From Nitrosospira multiformis ATCC 25196 (GTDB lineage: Bacteria > Pseudomonadota > Gammaproteobacteria > Burkholderiales > Nitrosomonadaceae): a stretch of 32,000 nucleotides of DNA. This document shows positions 17,890-26,738 of the stretch, in pieces (the first letter of the stretch is position 1; each line of letters starts with the position of its first letter). The stretch is from the NCBI RefSeq assembly GCF_000196355.1, contig NC_007614.1:1500001-1532000 (forward strand). Direction: 5' to 3'. The translations under genes were made by a program, and so were the position numbers. Under the pieces are notes generated by a model. It was not told the DNA's origin and did not search any database. It saw nothing but the letters and a program-made list of their open reading frames with translations.

Positions 17890-18941
17890 TGGTTGCTCCG
17901 GTTGATCTATCCACGCGCTTTGCCCTTGACGTCCAGGCGGTAAACGGGTTACGCGTGGAATCAAAAAAAACCGGCGAAGCGGGTCTTGAAGCCGCAGCCA
18001 GGCAGTTCGAAGCGCTCTTTCTGAACATGCTGCTGAAAAGCATGCGCGATGCCACTCCTAAAGACGATCTGATGGAGAGCGAACAGAGCCGACTGTATCT
18101 CTCGATGCTGGATCAACAGTTTTCCCAGACCATGGCTGCGCGCGGCATTGGCCTTGCCGAGATCATGGTGCGTCAATTGCGCCATGCTGCGCCGCCTGAT
18201 CCGACAGAGAAAGCGGGGATTCCGCAAAACCCCAATAGCCATGCCTTGGATCAATCAATGCCACGCTCTTCAGCGGAGGCAGGGAAGCATCCGGGTTTGC
18301 GGGGTTATGCACCGACAGTAGAAATGCAGGAACGACTGCAGGAAATAGAGGGACAAAAGGAACTCGCAAAACCCGGACAGATCGGGCAGCGAGGTCAGTC
18401 AGGGTGGTCTGGAGCGGGACAGTCAGCTCCATCCAGGTTGGAACAGGAGGGGCCACAGGCGAGCGAAATACCCGCGCATGTGTCCGAGTTCAAGGCAAGG
18501 GTAGGAGCATATGCCCAGGAAGTGAGCCAGGCAACGGGTATTCCGGTCCAGTTCATGCTCGGGCAGGCAGCACTGGAAAGCGGATGGGGGAAACGCGAGT
18601 TGCGTGCTACCGATGGAACCCACAGCCACAACCTCTTTGGCATAAAAGCGGGGACCGGCTGGAAGGGGCCCGTGGTGGAAGCGGTCACGACAGAATACAT
18701 CAATGGCATTGCACATAAGAGGGTGGAGAAATTTCGCGCTTATCCATCCTACGCCGAAGCTTTCCGCGACTACGCCACCCTTTTGAGCACCAATCCACGC
18801 TACACGGAAGCACTCAGGCAAGCAGTGCAGAAGTTCGACGCCGAAGGATTCGCCCATGCCCTGCAGCGGGCGGGCTATGCTACTGACCCGGCCTATGGAG
18901 ACAAGTTAGGCCGGATCATCAGGACCACTCCCTGGTCCTGA
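17889..18941 (+). CDS. flgJ: Flagellar rod assembly protein / peptidoglycan hydrolase FlgJ
   Basis: 350 aa. The N-terminal rod-binding block is FEALFLNMLLKSMR. The C-terminal glucosaminidase block is GQAALESGWG...HNLFGIKAG...YATDPAYGDKL. Its start shares 1 nt with the flgI stop (TGATG). Confidence 0.93.
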   Translation: MVAPVDLSTRFALDVQAVNGLRVESKKTGEAGLEAAARQFEALFLNMLLKSMRDATPKDDLMESEQSRLYLSMLDQQFSQTMAARGIGLAEIMVRQLRHAAPPDPTEKAGIPQNPNSHALDQSMPRSSAEAGKHPGLRGYAPTVEMQERLQEIEGQKELAKPGQIGQRGQSGWSGAGQSAPSRLEQEGPQASEIPAHVSEFKARVGAYAQEVSQATGIPVQFMLGQAALESGWGKRELRATDGTHSHNLFGIKAGTGWKGPVVEAVTTEYINGIAHKRVEKFRAYPSYAEAFRDYATLLSTNPRYTEALRQAVQKFDAEGFAHALQRAGYATDPAYGDKLGRIIRTTPWS

Positions 18942-18998
18942 GCCTCCATAAGGGGTAAGAACCGGCGGCAAATCTTTCGGAGGATTTCTCCGTCCCCC

Positions 18999-19025
18999 TA
19001 AATATTTTCAACCCGATGCCGTCAA
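18999..19025 (+). promoter_or_regulatory. Candidate sigma-28 (FliA) promoter upstream of flgK: TAAA-N15-GCCGTCAA
   Basis: It matches the TAAA-N15-GCCGATAA consensus at 4/4 and 6/8 with exact 15-nt spacing. It lies about 70 nt upstream of the flgK ATG. flgKL are late (sigma-28) genes in the enteric paradigm. Confidence 0.45.
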
Positions 19026-19092
19026 TATATGCACGACGACATCCAGACACTCTACTGACAGAGACAGGGTATAACCATGGCAGGGTACAACC

Positions 19093-21009
19093 ATGAGTAA
19101 TGGTATTTTCGGCATTGGACTCAGCGCGCTCCAGGCTGCCCAGCGGGGATTGCTCGTTACGGGACATAACATCAGCAATACTGCAACTCCAGGTTATACC
19201 CGTCAGCAGGTTATCCAGTCGACCAGCGACGCCAGAGCCACGGGCAGTGGATTTATTGGCCAGGGTGTGCAGGTCGATACAGTAAAGCGGGCTTATAACC
19301 AGTTTCTCTCCAGACAGGTTGCGCAGGCGGGAACTGAATCCAGCCAGCTGGAAACATACTTTTCCCAGATGAAGCAGATCGACAGCCTGCTGGCCGATTC
19401 CATGGGCGGTTCGGGTTTATCGCCTGCCTTGCAGGATTTCTTCGGCAGCCTCCAGGAAATGGCGACAAATCCCGCTGAAGTGGCATCGCGCCAATCCATG
19501 CTGTCGAACGCAGAGATGCTGGTACGGCAGTTTCACTCAATGAACAGCCAGCTGAATGAAATCCAGGAAGGGGTAAACAGGCAAATCGAGAACAGCACTG
19601 CGCTTATCAATACCCTGGGAGCGCAAATCGCAAAATTGAATGAAACCATCCACATGGCGGAGAGTTCTGCCAACGGCCAGCCTGCAAACGACTTGCGGGA
19701 TCAGCGCGATGAGTTGGTGGCGCAGCTCAACGACGAGGTTCGCGCCACAGTGGTGCAGAGCGATGAGGGATATAGTGTTTTCCTGGGAGGAGGTCAGCCC
19801 TTGGTAATGGGTTCGCAAGCGTCTCAGCTTACTGCCCGACCCTCCGCAATGGATGCTGACCGCCTCGAGATTATCCATGTCATGGGTGGCAGCAGTATCC
19901 CGCTCAAGGAGGCAAACCTGGATGGAGGCAAGCTCGGCGGGTTGCTGCAATTTCGCAACGAGATCATTGATACGGTACGCAACGGGCTGGGGCGGGTAGC
20001 GATCGGGTTGGCGGGAACCTTTAACGAACAGCATCGGTTGGGACAAGATGCGCAAGGTAACCTGGGAGGTGATTTTTTTACTACACCGGGCCCGGTGGTA
20101 GCGGCGTCGACAGAAAATACCGGCAGCGCAGTCATTGATGCGGAAATCGTCAGTTATCGCGATCTGGACGTCAGCGATTATCGTCTGAGTTTTGATGGCG
20201 CCAACTATACGCTGCAACCCATCCGGAATGGAGTGGAAGGCACTGTTCAGACTTTTACTACCTTCCCTCAGACCGTGGATGGGGTGCGCTTGAACCTTGC
20301 TTCCGGAACAGTTGCGGCGGGAGATGAGTTTCTTATTCGACCAACGGCAAAGGGCGCCGGCCAGATCGCGGTTTCGGTTCAGGATACGGACAAGATCGCC
20401 GCGGCGGCTCCAATCCGGACAAGCGCACCTACCACCAATACCGGTACCGGGCGCATCAGCGCAGGCACGGTAAATGCACCGCTTCCCACTGATCCCAATC
20501 TGCAACAGGCGGTCACGCTTACCTTTACCAGTGCCACCACTTTTGATGTAAGCGGTACCGGCACAGGAAATCCGGCCAGCGTTCCCTTTACTGCGGGTGG
20601 CCCGATTACGTTCAATGGCTGGACTGTTCAGATTACCGGAACGCCCCAGCCGGGCGATACGTTCAGTATCGGCCCGAACACGGATGGAGTGGCTGATAAC
20701 CGCAATGCCTTGCTGCTGGGAGCATTGCAGTCAAGCAATACACTGGCCGCCGGCGGAGCCAGTTACCGGGGCGCATACGGGCAGCTGGTCAGCCTGATGG
20801 GTAACAAGACGCGCGAACTGGAGGTCACGGCTGGCGCGCAGGCTGCCCTGCTTACCCAGACTCGTGCTTTGCAGCAGTCGGAAGCAGGTGTCAATCTCGA
20901 TGAGGAAGCGGCTAATCTGCTGCGTTACCAGCAGGCATACCAGGCAGCGAGCAAGGTGATACAAACAGCTAATCAGATGTTCGATGCGCTACTCGAGATA
21001 ACGAGGTAA
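19093..21009 (+). CDS. flgK: Hook-filament junction protein 1 FlgK
   Basis: 638 aa. The N-terminus is GIGLSALQAAQRGLLVTGHNISNTATPGYTRQ and the C-terminus is GVNLDEEAANLLRYQQAYQAASKVIQTANQMFDALL. Confidence 0.95.
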   Translation: MSNGIFGIGLSALQAAQRGLLVTGHNISNTATPGYTRQQVIQSTSDARATGSGFIGQGVQVDTVKRAYNQFLSRQVAQAGTESSQLETYFSQMKQIDSLLADSMGGSGLSPALQDFFGSLQEMATNPAEVASRQSMLSNAEMLVRQFHSMNSQLNEIQEGVNRQIENSTALINTLGAQIAKLNETIHMAESSANGQPANDLRDQRDELVAQLNDEVRATVVQSDEGYSVFLGGGQPLVMGSQASQLTARPSAMDADRLEIIHVMGGSSIPLKEANLDGGKLGGLLQFRNEIIDTVRNGLGRVAIGLAGTFNEQHRLGQDAQGNLGGDFFTTPGPVVAASTENTGSAVIDAEIVSYRDLDVSDYRLSFDGANYTLQPIRNGVEGTVQTFTTFPQTVDGVRLNLASGTVAAGDEFLIRPTAKGAGQIAVSVQDTDKIAAAAPIRTSAPTTNTGTGRISAGTVNAPLPTDPNLQQAVTLTFTSATTFDVSGTGTGNPASVPFTAGGPITFNGWTVQITGTPQPGDTFSIGPNTDGVADNRNALLLGALQSSNTLAAGGASYRGAYGQLVSLMGNKTRELEVTAGAQAALLTQTRALQQSEAGVNLDEEAANLLRYQQAYQAASKVIQTANQMFDALLEITR

Positions 21010-21011
21010 AA

Positions 21012-21032
21012 GCGCGCTGCAAAAAAGCGCGC
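21012..21032 (+). terminator. GC-rich hairpin just after the flgK stop (GCGCGCT-gcaaaaa-AGCGCGC)
   Basis: 7-bp GC stem read directly. No U-tract follows, so it may be an RNA-stability or attenuating element between flgK and flgL rather than a terminator. Confidence 0.25.
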
Positions 21033-21135
21033 GGTGCGCGAAAGTGGATGCTGAGAACGCTTGAAGCGGTGTGATCAGTGCAAGCACCGGCTATAGCAAG
21101 AACATATCAGTATGATATAGAAAAAGGGAATCAAA

Positions 21136-22071
21136 ATGCGCGTCAGCAGTAATACCAGTTACGAGGCGGGACTTGCTGCCATCCACCGCCAGCAATCGGC
21201 ACAGATGAAGACTTTCGAGCAGATAAGCACTGGCCGCAGCGTACTCACGCCGTCGGCAAATCCCGCGGCGTATGTTCGGGCACTCGATGTTGCCGAGGCA
21301 GACTCCGCCAACAGCCAATACGCGTTGAATCGGCAAAATGGCATGGCCAGCCTCAGTATGCTGGAAGATACTCTTGGCGGCATTACAGCCCTGCTGCAAA
21401 GGGCGCAGGAGCTTACCGTGGCTGCTGGAAACGGTACGCTGAATGACAGCGGACGCGAAACCATTGCCACTGAGTTGCGCACGAGTCTGGGTGAACTTCT
21501 GGGTTTGTCCAACCGAAAGGACGCAAGCGGGCAATATCTCTTTTCCGGTTATCAGAGTTCAACCAAGCCGTTTGAGGATACCGGGAGTGGGGTGCAATAT
21601 GTTGGCGATGAAGGCTTGCGCATGATACAAGCCAGCTCATCCCGGCAGCTTGCAGTAAATGAGTCGGGACGAGAGGTGTTCGAGCGCATTCCTGCGGCGG
21701 GAGGGAGCTACCACAGTATGTTCAAGACGCTGTCCGACCTTGCTGATTTACTCGAAACACCGGTAACCGACCCAGCGGGCAAGACAGCCCTCGCCACCGG
21801 TCTGGGTAGCGCGCAAGTGAACCTGTCCAATGCGCTCGACAATGTGCTCAAGGTGCAGGCATCGGTAGGAACGCGCATGAAGGAAATAGATGCCTTAAAT
21901 GAACGCGGCGAAGATTTGAATATTCAGTACAAACAGCAGTTATCGGAATTACGGGATGTGGACTACGTTGAGGCCATCAGTGACCTGACTCAGCAGCGGA
22001 CCTATCTGGAAGCTACGCAGAAGGCATTTCTGAAGGTGCAAAGCCTTTCCTTGTTCGATTATATACGCTGA
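21136..22071 (+). CDS. flgL: Hook-filament junction protein 3 FlgL
   Basis: 311 aa. The N-terminus is flagellin-like (MRVSSNTSYEAGLAAIHRQQSAQMKTFEQISTGR). The C-terminus is DVDYVEAISDLTQQRTYLEATQKAFLKVQSLSLFDYI. Confidence 0.93.
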   Translation: MRVSSNTSYEAGLAAIHRQQSAQMKTFEQISTGRSVLTPSANPAAYVRALDVAEADSANSQYALNRQNGMASLSMLEDTLGGITALLQRAQELTVAAGNGTLNDSGRETIATELRTSLGELLGLSNRKDASGQYLFSGYQSSTKPFEDTGSGVQYVGDEGLRMIQASSSRQLAVNESGREVFERIPAAGGSYHSMFKTLSDLADLLETPVTDPAGKTALATGLGSAQVNLSNALDNVLKVQASVGTRMKEIDALNERGEDLNIQYKQQLSELRDVDYVEAISDLTQQRTYLEATQKAFLKVQSLSLFDYIR

Positions 22072-22238
22072 TGGCGGCAAAATATTTCACGCACGGCTTC
22101 TTTACCTGGAAAGAAGTTTCCTGCTGATGATTTCCATGCTCCGAGTCATTCCCCAGGGAGGCGTGCTATCCGACCGTGGTTCTGACTGCGGTTAACTGTA
22201 ACCGCTACCTGAGTTTTCAGTCGAATAGAGACGGGCAG

Positions 22239-23513
22239 ATGATTCTAGATACGGCTCCACATATTTCTTCGGTCGGGCAGGTAAAGGAATTCTTCCTGGC
22301 CCGTCAACCTATTCTGGATCAGAACCAGAATCTGATCGCTTACGAGTTATTGTTCCGCCGCGCAGGAGTCAGGGCACCGGTTAGCGCGGAGGATACCCGG
22401 GGTGCCGCTTCCATCATCGCACATACATCCGAACTGGGCATCGAGAATGTGACCGGGAGCGCGCTCGGCTTCTTCAACGTGAATTCCACGCTGTTGATGG
22501 GAGACCTGGTTAATTTTCTACCCGCCGAAAAAGTTGTGTTCGAGTTTCCTCAAACGGACAAGATTACTCCCGAACTCGTCCGGCGTGTTGCCGAACTGGC
22601 GAAGGCAGGATATCGATTTGCGTTGGATGACGTTATCACCCTGTCCGAATACATAAAACCGTTACTGCCGTTTGTTGAAATCATCAAGATCGACACGTCC
22701 GTCATGACGTATGCCGATCTGGCCATGCTCGTTCGCCAGTTCAAACAGGCACGCAAGGTGCTTCTTGCTGACAAAGTAGAGACGCTCGAACAATTCCAGA
22801 ATTGCCATGAGCTCGGCTTTGACTATTACCAGGGTTACTACTTTGCAAAACCAGCTCTTCTGTCAGGCAAGAAGCTTGCAACTTCGCAACTGGCGATCAT
22901 GGAGCTGATGACTCTGGTAGCCAGGGACGCCGACACGATAGAAATCGAGCAACGCATCAAAAAAGAAGTATCGCTTTGCCTGTCCTTATTACGATTGGTC
23001 AATACGCCCGCCATGGGTGTTACGAAAAGCATACATTCGTTAAGTGAGGCCTTGATGGTCCTCGGCCGCCGCCAGTTGCAGCGATGGTTGCAAATTCAGA
23101 TCTATGTCGGGCCGGACCCTCAGATCCAATTCGGGTCGCCGCTTCTCCTGCTGGCAGCTACACGCGGCAAACTTCTTGAACTGGTTGCTCAAAAACTTCA
23201 GCCCGCAAACAGAAGCATGGCCGATATTGCCTTTACCGTGGGCATTTTATCCTTGCTGGATGCTTTGTTCGGGCAACACATGGAAAGAATTCTCCGCCAG
23301 ATCGTTCTGAGCGAGGAGATCACCGAAGCCTTGCTGTACCGGACGGGGTTTTACGGGGACTTGCTGAAGCTTGCCGAATATCTCGAAAAACCTGGCGAAG
23401 CCGGCCGACTGCTCGTGCCCCTGCTTGCCAGATTGGGGCTCCCGATTGAAGAGCTTTATCCATTCCAATTGGAAGCATTTGAATGGAGCAACAGTTTGTT
23501 ACCTACCTTATAG
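22239..23513 (+). CDS. EAL-domain plus HDOD-domain signalling protein (COG3434/YuxH-like; putative c-di-GMP phosphodiesterase or sensor)
   Basis: The N-terminal EAL-type core has ARQPILD...YELLFR, FALDDV, IKID and QGYYFAKP. The C-terminal half is HDOD-like (LLRLVNTPAMG...SLSEALMVLGRRQLQRW). The start is taken at ATG 22239; the ORF-track GTG at 22176 adds 21 atypical residues. Confidence 0.8.
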   Translation: MILDTAPHISSVGQVKEFFLARQPILDQNQNLIAYELLFRRAGVRAPVSAEDTRGAASIIAHTSELGIENVTGSALGFFNVNSTLLMGDLVNFLPAEKVVFEFPQTDKITPELVRRVAELAKAGYRFALDDVITLSEYIKPLLPFVEIIKIDTSVMTYADLAMLVRQFKQARKVLLADKVETLEQFQNCHELGFDYYQGYYFAKPALLSGKKLATSQLAIMELMTLVARDADTIEIEQRIKKEVSLCLSLLRLVNTPAMGVTKSIHSLSEALMVLGRRQLQRWLQIQIYVGPDPQIQFGSPLLLLAATRGKLLELVAQKLQPANRSMADIAFTVGILSLLDALFGQHMERILRQIVLSEEITEALLYRTGFYGDLLKLAEYLEKPGEAGRLLVPLLARLGLPIEELYPFQLEAFEWSNSLLPTL

Positions 23514-23681
23514 AAGACATACGTTCCTGGTTGGCATGTCATCCCGCATCCCTGATACATCCGGATATCGGAGTTATAAAGTTATCCGGCCAAGGAGCAG
23601 GCACAAAAATTGATTTCGCTGCGCCTGCACCTTCGCAGAATGCCGGAGAAACCGGAACCCTGGAGCGGTTATAATATAGGA

Positions 23682-24005
23682 ATGGATACTGTTCATGGCA
23701 GTGAGCCAAGCCGGGCCGAAATCGATTCGCTCCAAGGTCCAGCTCTCGTCGAATTCGGGGCAGCGTGGTGCGGATACTGCCGGGCTGCGCGGCCGTTGAT
23801 TGCTTCGGCCTTGTCCGGAGCTCCACCGGTGCGTTATATCCGGATAGAGGATGGAAAGGGGCGGCGGTTGGGACGCTCGTTTGGCGTGAAGCTCTGGCCG
23901 ACCCTGATTTTTCTGAAGGACGGAAAAGAAATTGCGCGCCTGGTCCGGCCTGAGAATCCCGGTCTCATCCAGCGCGCTCTGGAAAATATCTGCAAGGATG
24001 CGTGA
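23682..24005 (+). CDS. Thioredoxin-like protein with a WCGYC active-site motif
   Basis: 107 aa from the ATG at 23682. The CxxC context (LVEFGAAWCGYCRAARP) and a later WPTLIFLKDGKE (cis-Pro region) are typical of the thioredoxin fold. The start is uncertain; the ORF track gives 23610. Confidence 0.75.
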   Translation: MDTVHGSEPSRAEIDSLQGPALVEFGAAWCGYCRAARPLIASALSGAPPVRYIRIEDGKGRRLGRSFGVKLWPTLIFLKDGKEIARLVRPENPGLIQRALENICKDA

Positions 24006-24098
24006 ATCTTCAAGAGTGGGTGATCGCGCTCCCTGCTCTGCGTCCAGCCGGAATCCGTCGCATTATAACTTGCGCAGTCAATAACATATCAGCACTGC

Positions 24099-25540
24099 AT
24101 GAAGCAAAAAAAGGAAAATTCAGAACCCCTCCATATGGGGGAAGCGTACCCTCCGGATGTTGCCGCCAATTCTCCAGGGATGGTTTTTCAATACATACAA
24201 AAGGGAGATGGTACTTCATCCATGCCCTTTATCAGTGATCAGTGCGCCAATGTACTCGGGATCTCGGCTGGAGAACTGAAGGCTAATCCTTCGCTGCTCC
24301 AGGATCTGGTGCTTCCGGAAGACCGGGAAAGCCTGGAGTATTCGAAGGCGCAATCCGCAGCTAATCTGACAACGTGGAATTGGGAAGGACGCCTGTGGAT
24401 CGAATCCTACGGGGATATAAAGTGGGTCAGCTTGCGAGCAAGTCCGAGGCGGGAGAAGGGCGCGTGCGTGGTTTGGGAAGGCATTATCATCAATATCACC
24501 GAGAGCAGGCGCCGGGAGACAGAGCTCAAGGCATCCCATGAACGGCTCAAGGAAGTATCAGCCCACGTCATGGCGGCGAGGGAGCACGAGCGTATACGCA
24601 TTGCCAGAGAAATACACGATGATCTGGGGGGGAATCTCACTGCCATCAAGATCGATCTCGACTGGCTGGTGAGGCGGATCGATGCCGGCGCCAGCAGCGC
24701 CGAGAATGCTGTATTGCTTGCGAAAGTGCGTATTGTTTCAGATCTGGTGGATCGCACCATACATTCGATACAACGTATTTCCCGGGACCTGCGGCCCGGC
24801 ATCATGGATTTTGGCATTTTTGCGGCAATAGAATGGGAAGCGGGTGAATTTGCAAAACGCTATGGCATACCTTGCAAGGTGTCGTGCAACGAGCCGGATA
24901 TTGAACTCGAATCTGACATGGCCGTGGCCGTATTTCGAATTTTTCAGGAAGCGCTCACCAATATTGCGAAGCACGCGCATGCCTCGCATGTCTGGGTCGG
25001 GCTGGACGTGAGATCATGGATTTTGGCATTTTTGCGGCAATAGAATGGGAAGCGGGTGAATTTGCAAAACGCTATGGCATACCTTGCAAGGTGTCGTGCA
25101 ACGAGCCGGATATTGAACTCGAATCTGACATGGCCGTGGCCGTATTTCGAATTTTTCAGGAAGCGCTCACCAATATTGCGAAGCACGCGCATGCCTCGCA
25201 TGTCTGGGTCGGGCTGGACGTGAGGCAGGAATATCTGGAGCTCAAGGTGCAGGATAACGGCTGCGGTATCGCCCCAAACGATTTCAGAAAGCTTGATTCG
25301 TTCGGGATTCGGGGCATGGTCGAGCGCGCGAGCCTGCTCGAGGGAAAACTGACGGTCAGCGCAAGGCAGGGGCATGAGTGGATTCAGCCCGGACAAGGCC
25401 AGCCAGGAATTCAGCGGGAACGGATGGGAGAGGAGCAGGCAAGGCAAGGTACTCTGGTTCATCTCTCGATTCCACTCGCTGCGGAAGCACGGCCAACGGT
25501 CCCTGCGACGGTTATTTCAGGAAAATCCACCCCGTCATGA
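24099..25540 (+). pseudogene. Cytoplasmic PAS / HisKA_3 / HATPase_c histidine kinase (NarX/LiaS-type), frameshifted by an internal 212-bp tandem duplication
   Basis: The ORF track splits it into 24099-25043 and 25016-25540, which share a 70-aa identical stretch. The H-box is AREIHDDLGGNLTAIK, the N-box is QEALTNIAKHA, and the G-boxes are QDNGCGI and FGIRGMVERA. Removing one repeat copy gives 1230 nt, a single 409-aa ORF. No TM segment is visible. Confidence 0.85.
24801..25224. repeat. Perfect direct tandem duplication, 2 x 212 bp (24801-25012 and 25013-25224)
   Basis: I compared the copies base by base by eye and found no mismatch. The flanking bases differ at both borders, which fixes the unit at 212 bp. 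Confidence 0.9.
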
Positions 25541-26163
25541 ATGTACTGATTGTGGACGACCATGCCATCGTGCGTCAGGGCTTAAGGCAGATTCTGACTG
25601 AAAGCGGAAAAATCGATCTTATCGCTGAAGCGGAATCGGGTGGAGAGGCAATGCGGCAACTGCGTGAAGGGGAATGGAGCGTAGTGGTGCTGGATATCTC
25701 CCTGCCCGACAGGAACGGTATCGAAGTGTTGAAGCAGATCAGGAAAGAGCGTCCCAAATTACCCGTGCTCATGTTGAGCATGCACGAGGAGGGGCTTTAT
25801 GCGATCCGGGCACTGAAGGCGGGAGCCTTTGGTTATATAACCAAGCAGAGCGCTCCCAATGAGTTGATGGCCGCCATCAACCAGGCGGCCAGGGGGCGCA
25901 AGTACCTGACACCCGCAGTGGCTGAAGCCATGGCGGAAAGTCTTGGCACGGACCACGATCGTCCGCTGCATGAAACACTGTCCGATCGTGAATACCAGAC
26001 CCTGCGCCTGATCGCTTCAGGCAAGAGTCTCACAGACGCGGCCGAGGAAATGCATCTGTCGGTCAAGACTGTGAGTGTCTACCGCGGCCGCCTCCTGCAA
26101 AAGATGAAGCTCAAGAACAATGCGGAAGTGACCCACTACGCCATCAAGAACGGCCTCGCTTGA
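25537..26163 (+). CDS. NarL/FixJ-family response regulator (REC + LuxR-type HTH)
   Basis: 208 aa from MNVLIVDDH. The phospho-acceptor context is VVVLDISLPD. The HTH reads LSDREYQTLRLIASGKSLTDAAEEMHLSVKTVSVYRGRLLQKM. Its ATG overlaps the kinase stop (ATGA at 25537-25540). The ORF-track start at 25378 lies inside the kinase gene. Confidence 0.93.
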   Translation: MNVLIVDDHAIVRQGLRQILTESGKIDLIAEAESGGEAMRQLREGEWSVVVLDISLPDRNGIEVLKQIRKERPKLPVLMLSMHEEGLYAIRALKAGAFGYITKQSAPNELMAAINQAARGRKYLTPAVAEAMAESLGTDHDRPLHETLSDREYQTLRLIASGKSLTDAAEEMHLSVKTVSVYRGRLLQKMKLKNNAEVTHYAIKNGLA

Positions 26164-26614
26164 GCCCCTTAGTCCCTTGGTCCCTCAGCCCGTGGGCCGG
26201 ATTACCCTTCACGCCAATTCGCTGATTCGCTGCTTCTTCATGGGGGCGGCAGCATGGCGCCTCTAGCGTTGCAATAGGAAATGAGACTCCTGCCTGCTCG
26301 CTTTCGCTTGCAGAACCATAACCTTCAAGTATTCTTAAACTCTCAAAGGCTGCACCTCAAAGCACTCGGTTCCCGCTACTCCCGAGGCTGCTTCAAATAT
26401 CGCCTATGCCCTCTTTACTCCGATCTCCGCTGTTGCACGAGTGAATAAGGCAGCGCCGAATATACGGCGTTGTTCACCCCGTTAATCAGCGCATTGCCCA
26501 GCCCTGCCTCCTCTTATCATTATCGTACCTGCCTGCCCATCACCCGGATAGCAATGCCGGATAAACTCGAGAAGAGTGCGGCGGTGGCTGCGCCAAAAAA
26601 CGTGACGATGCCAT

Positions 26615-26641
26615 TAAATGTTTCTCCTGGATCACCGTTAA
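26615..26641 (+). promoter_or_regulatory. Candidate sigma-28 (FliA) promoter upstream of fliC: TAAA-N15-ACCGTTAA
   Basis: It matches TAAA-N15-GCCGATAA at 4/4 and 6/8 with 15-nt spacing. It lies about 98 nt upstream of the fliC ATG. Flagellin genes are canonical sigma-28 targets. Confidence 0.4.
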
Positions 26642-26738
26642 TAAGCATAACAGCAGTTGATTAGCTTCGGGTAATGAGGCGAACCAAAGTTGACGGCTGT
26701 AGGTGTAATTTCATGAAAAATTAGTCAAGGAGATTTAC

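Noticed and set aside
19537-20505. Long antisense ORFs inside flagellar genes. Examples are the 322-aa minus-strand ORF inside flgK, 27267-28031 (minus) inside fliC, 855-1454 (minus) inside flhA, and 14515-15132 (minus) inside flgF.
   Set aside because: Each is fully nested opposite a gene with unmistakable flagellar family motifs. Their translations are Arg/Gly/Ala/Cys-rich with no recognisable domains. These are typical shadow ORFs of moderately GC-rich DNA.
23532-23548. Sigma-54-like sequence TTGGCATGTCATCCCGCA upstream of the thioredoxin-like gene. Similar TGGC...GC strings occur at about 26254 and 6602.
   Set aside because: The GG to GC spacing is off by 1 to 3 nt from the strict TGGCAC-N5-TTGC geometry, and the -12 element is poor. 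No confident sigma-54 promoter was found anywhere in the window.
26470-26664. A 64-aa plus-strand ORF and a 43-aa hydrophobic minus-strand mini-ORF (MLINGDPGETFNGIVTFFGAAATAALFSSLSGIAIRVMGRQVR) in the 575-bp spacer upstream of fliC.
   Set aside because: Neither has a Shine-Dalgarno sequence or a recognisable family, and they overlap each other. The region is more plausibly the fliC promoter and leader. The mini-ORF cannot be supported without expression or conservation data.
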